Below, one piece after another: positions 63,701 through 64,000 of a DNA stretch of 64,000 bases. Where the stretch lies: assembly GCA_040261535.1 (NCBI GenBank), contig JBDQNU010000001.1, forward strand, positions 75,109-139,108. The letters are read 5' to 3'. How positions within the stretch are numbered: the first letter of the stretch is position 1; each line of letters opens with the position of its first letter. The stretch is from Poseidonia sp. Lineage in GTDB: Archaea; Thermoplasmatota; Poseidoniia; Poseidoniales; Poseidoniaceae. The notes under the pieces are model-generated. The model was not told the origin of the DNA and ran no database searches. It saw only the letters and a program-made list of their open reading frames with translations. A program made the translations under genes and the position numbers.

Positions 63701-64000
63701 GAGGGTCCTGCTACGGTTGTGCACGCATCGGCCCCGTTGGAGGTTGTCCACCCGCTGTCGCCGTCGGAGAACCCGTCGCCGTCGGTGTCGGTGCAGCCGA
63801 AGCGGTCGCTTGTGGAATTCCCTGCCAGCGAAATGCACGCGTCGGGTTCGGTACCGGCAGCGTTGTCGCCGTAGCCATCAAAGTCGCTGTCTTCCCACTG
63901 GGTCGCATCGGACGGGAAGGCATCGGCGCCGTCGTTCACCGTCCAGTTGCCGTCGGGGTTGGAGTACCCGTCGTTGTCGGTATCGGGGCATCCCGTTCGA
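60712..64000 (-). CDS. Very large thrombospondin-type-3-repeat (Ca-binding DxDxDGxxD) surface protein, C-terminally TM-anchored; 5' end outside the window
   Basis: The repeat pattern continues in frame to the window edge, beyond the first Met at 63939. About 17 units of ...DACP..(S/A)G.S..DR.GC.D.DGDG(Y/W)(S/A)D..D.FP.D.TQW.DSDGDGYGDN.... The C-terminus has an Ig-like non-repeat region, a TM (VIQASMAVLILFVLMGALML) and a basic tail. Confidence 0.85.
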   Translation of the reverse strand, partial: RTGCPDTDNDGYSNPDGNWTVNDGADAFPSDATQWEDSDFDGYGDNAAGTEPDACISLAGNSTSDRFGCTDTDGDGFSDGDSGWTTSNGADACTTVAGPSDEDRNGCADQDGDGYSDPDSGWTTANGADAFPTDSTQWADSDGDGYGDNPPPATSGDGCPSTSGTSIHDRYGCTDTDGDGYSDPDVLWTTSSGADAFASDNTQWADSDGDGYGDNATGNNPDACPSQFGTSTEAGRLGCTDTDGDGYADVDDAFPSEATQWADSDSDGYGDEASGFEGDACPSTSGTSTRDRFGCTDTDNDGSSDGDANWTTTDGADIAPNDSTQWLDSDGDGYGDNPSGTNGDACPLIAGNSTNDRRGCTDSDGDGYSDPDVLWTTDDGADAYPLDPTRWGDNDGDGFDDGLDDDCPTVFGTSVHDRKGCPDQDGDGYSDPDSGWTTGDGADAFMTDSSQWNDTDGDGFGDEPTGSLPDACPNTYGESWQNGTLGCPDADEDGWADSEDSHPNEVTQWLDGDGDGYGDNPGGVNPDACPTAYGNSTQGNRLGCPDTDGDGWDDAIDALPNLATQWLDQDGDGYGDNASGLQPDACPGESGTSTEDRYGCVDDDGDGYSNASDAFPDDPTRWVDTDGDGYDDAEDACPFTNGNSSLDRFGCLDYDGDGVSNPSPAVGNQSGWNLSDGADAFPYDATQTADQDGDGFGDNASGMQADACPTTSGTSTVDRFGCEDGDGDGTSDTNDAFADDASQWNDADGDGFGDHPNGTQADACPNAVGTSTLGGFGCPDGDGDGAGDELDLWPTDATQWFDSDGDGYGDEASGTDGDACPGEAGTSTMGGTAGCPDNDGDGWANDQDAFPDQASQHADGDGDGYGDNASLGAHRPDHYPNDGTRYAAEAAMTCSPVSIHVDLAASGWFSFTCTLSTTMASAFAANVNWEATNNIVGENSNHFITFTSESGTSQTVTFSGTAKATGNHQLQLSAREPGAEYPMDTVTVVIRATDSNAPVITADEAEGSGLSTLIENPVIQASMAVLILFVLMGALMLRGRAKSAKESERRARRMADYRDTHGMVDLPQRSMVQQQRPPPASRLRESSIFDEFRKR
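61400..64000 (-). repeat. Tandem ~180-195-nt coding repeats (TSP type 3-like calcium-binding units)
   Basis: GACGGCGACGGCTACGG-type strings (seen as ccgtagccgtcgccgtc on the plus strand) recur throughout. This explains the many shadow ORFs in other frames. Confidence 0.85.

Overview
This is a high-GC archaeal chromosome segment, dense in genes, with no transposase, integrase, CRISPR array or rRNA that I could see. The archaeal assignment rests on Orc1/Cdc6, CDP-archaeol synthase (carS), an archaeal-type PPAT fused to a DUF359-type dephospho-CoA kinase, an HTH_10 regulator, a 2-phosphoglycerate-kinase-family protein, a tRNA-Gly without encoded CCA, and a candidate 7S/SRP RNA with helices 6 and 8. 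The gene mix fits a marine planktonic euryarchaeote of the Marine Group II/Poseidoniales type, but that is inference only. That mix includes many very large, TM-anchored, acidic, repeat-rich surface proteins, acyl-CoA and beta-oxidation genes, and bacterial-like lipid genes.

Gene content from left to right:
- a Tad/Epd-like type IV pilus platform operon
- acyl-CoA metabolism genes (ALDH, crotonases, 3-hydroxyacyl-CoA dehydrogenase) and a BoxB-like diiron oxygenase operon
- glpX, bioY, moaC/moaE and a class I aldolase
- an AT-rich-flanked pair of orphan winged-helix proteins
- the SRP RNA candidate
- the PPAT-DPCK fusion and a GT2 glycosyltransferase
- orc1/cdc6
- a CysJ-like reductase paired with a fatty-acid hydroxylase-family gene
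- a collagen-like/ELWxxDGT surface protein
- biotin carboxylase and a PfkB kinase
- a degenerate EF-Tu-like protein and a thioesterase
- a 1961-aa surface protein
- a divergent TBP-fold protein and TatD

The most unusual locus is at 45.8-56.2 kb. It contains fabI, a 2943-aa KS-AT-CP'-KS-CP3-KR-DH megasynthase, and an Sfp-type phosphopantetheinyl transferase. All four carrier-type domains of the megasynthase carry Thr where the phosphopantetheinyl Ser is expected. This locus sits 3.6 kb from carS. The window ends inside a large thrombospondin-type-3-repeat surface protein.

Many long antisense or alternate-frame ORFs in the supplied track are high-GC artefacts and were not called. All functional calls rest on motifs I recognise by eye. 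No database search or covariance model was run.
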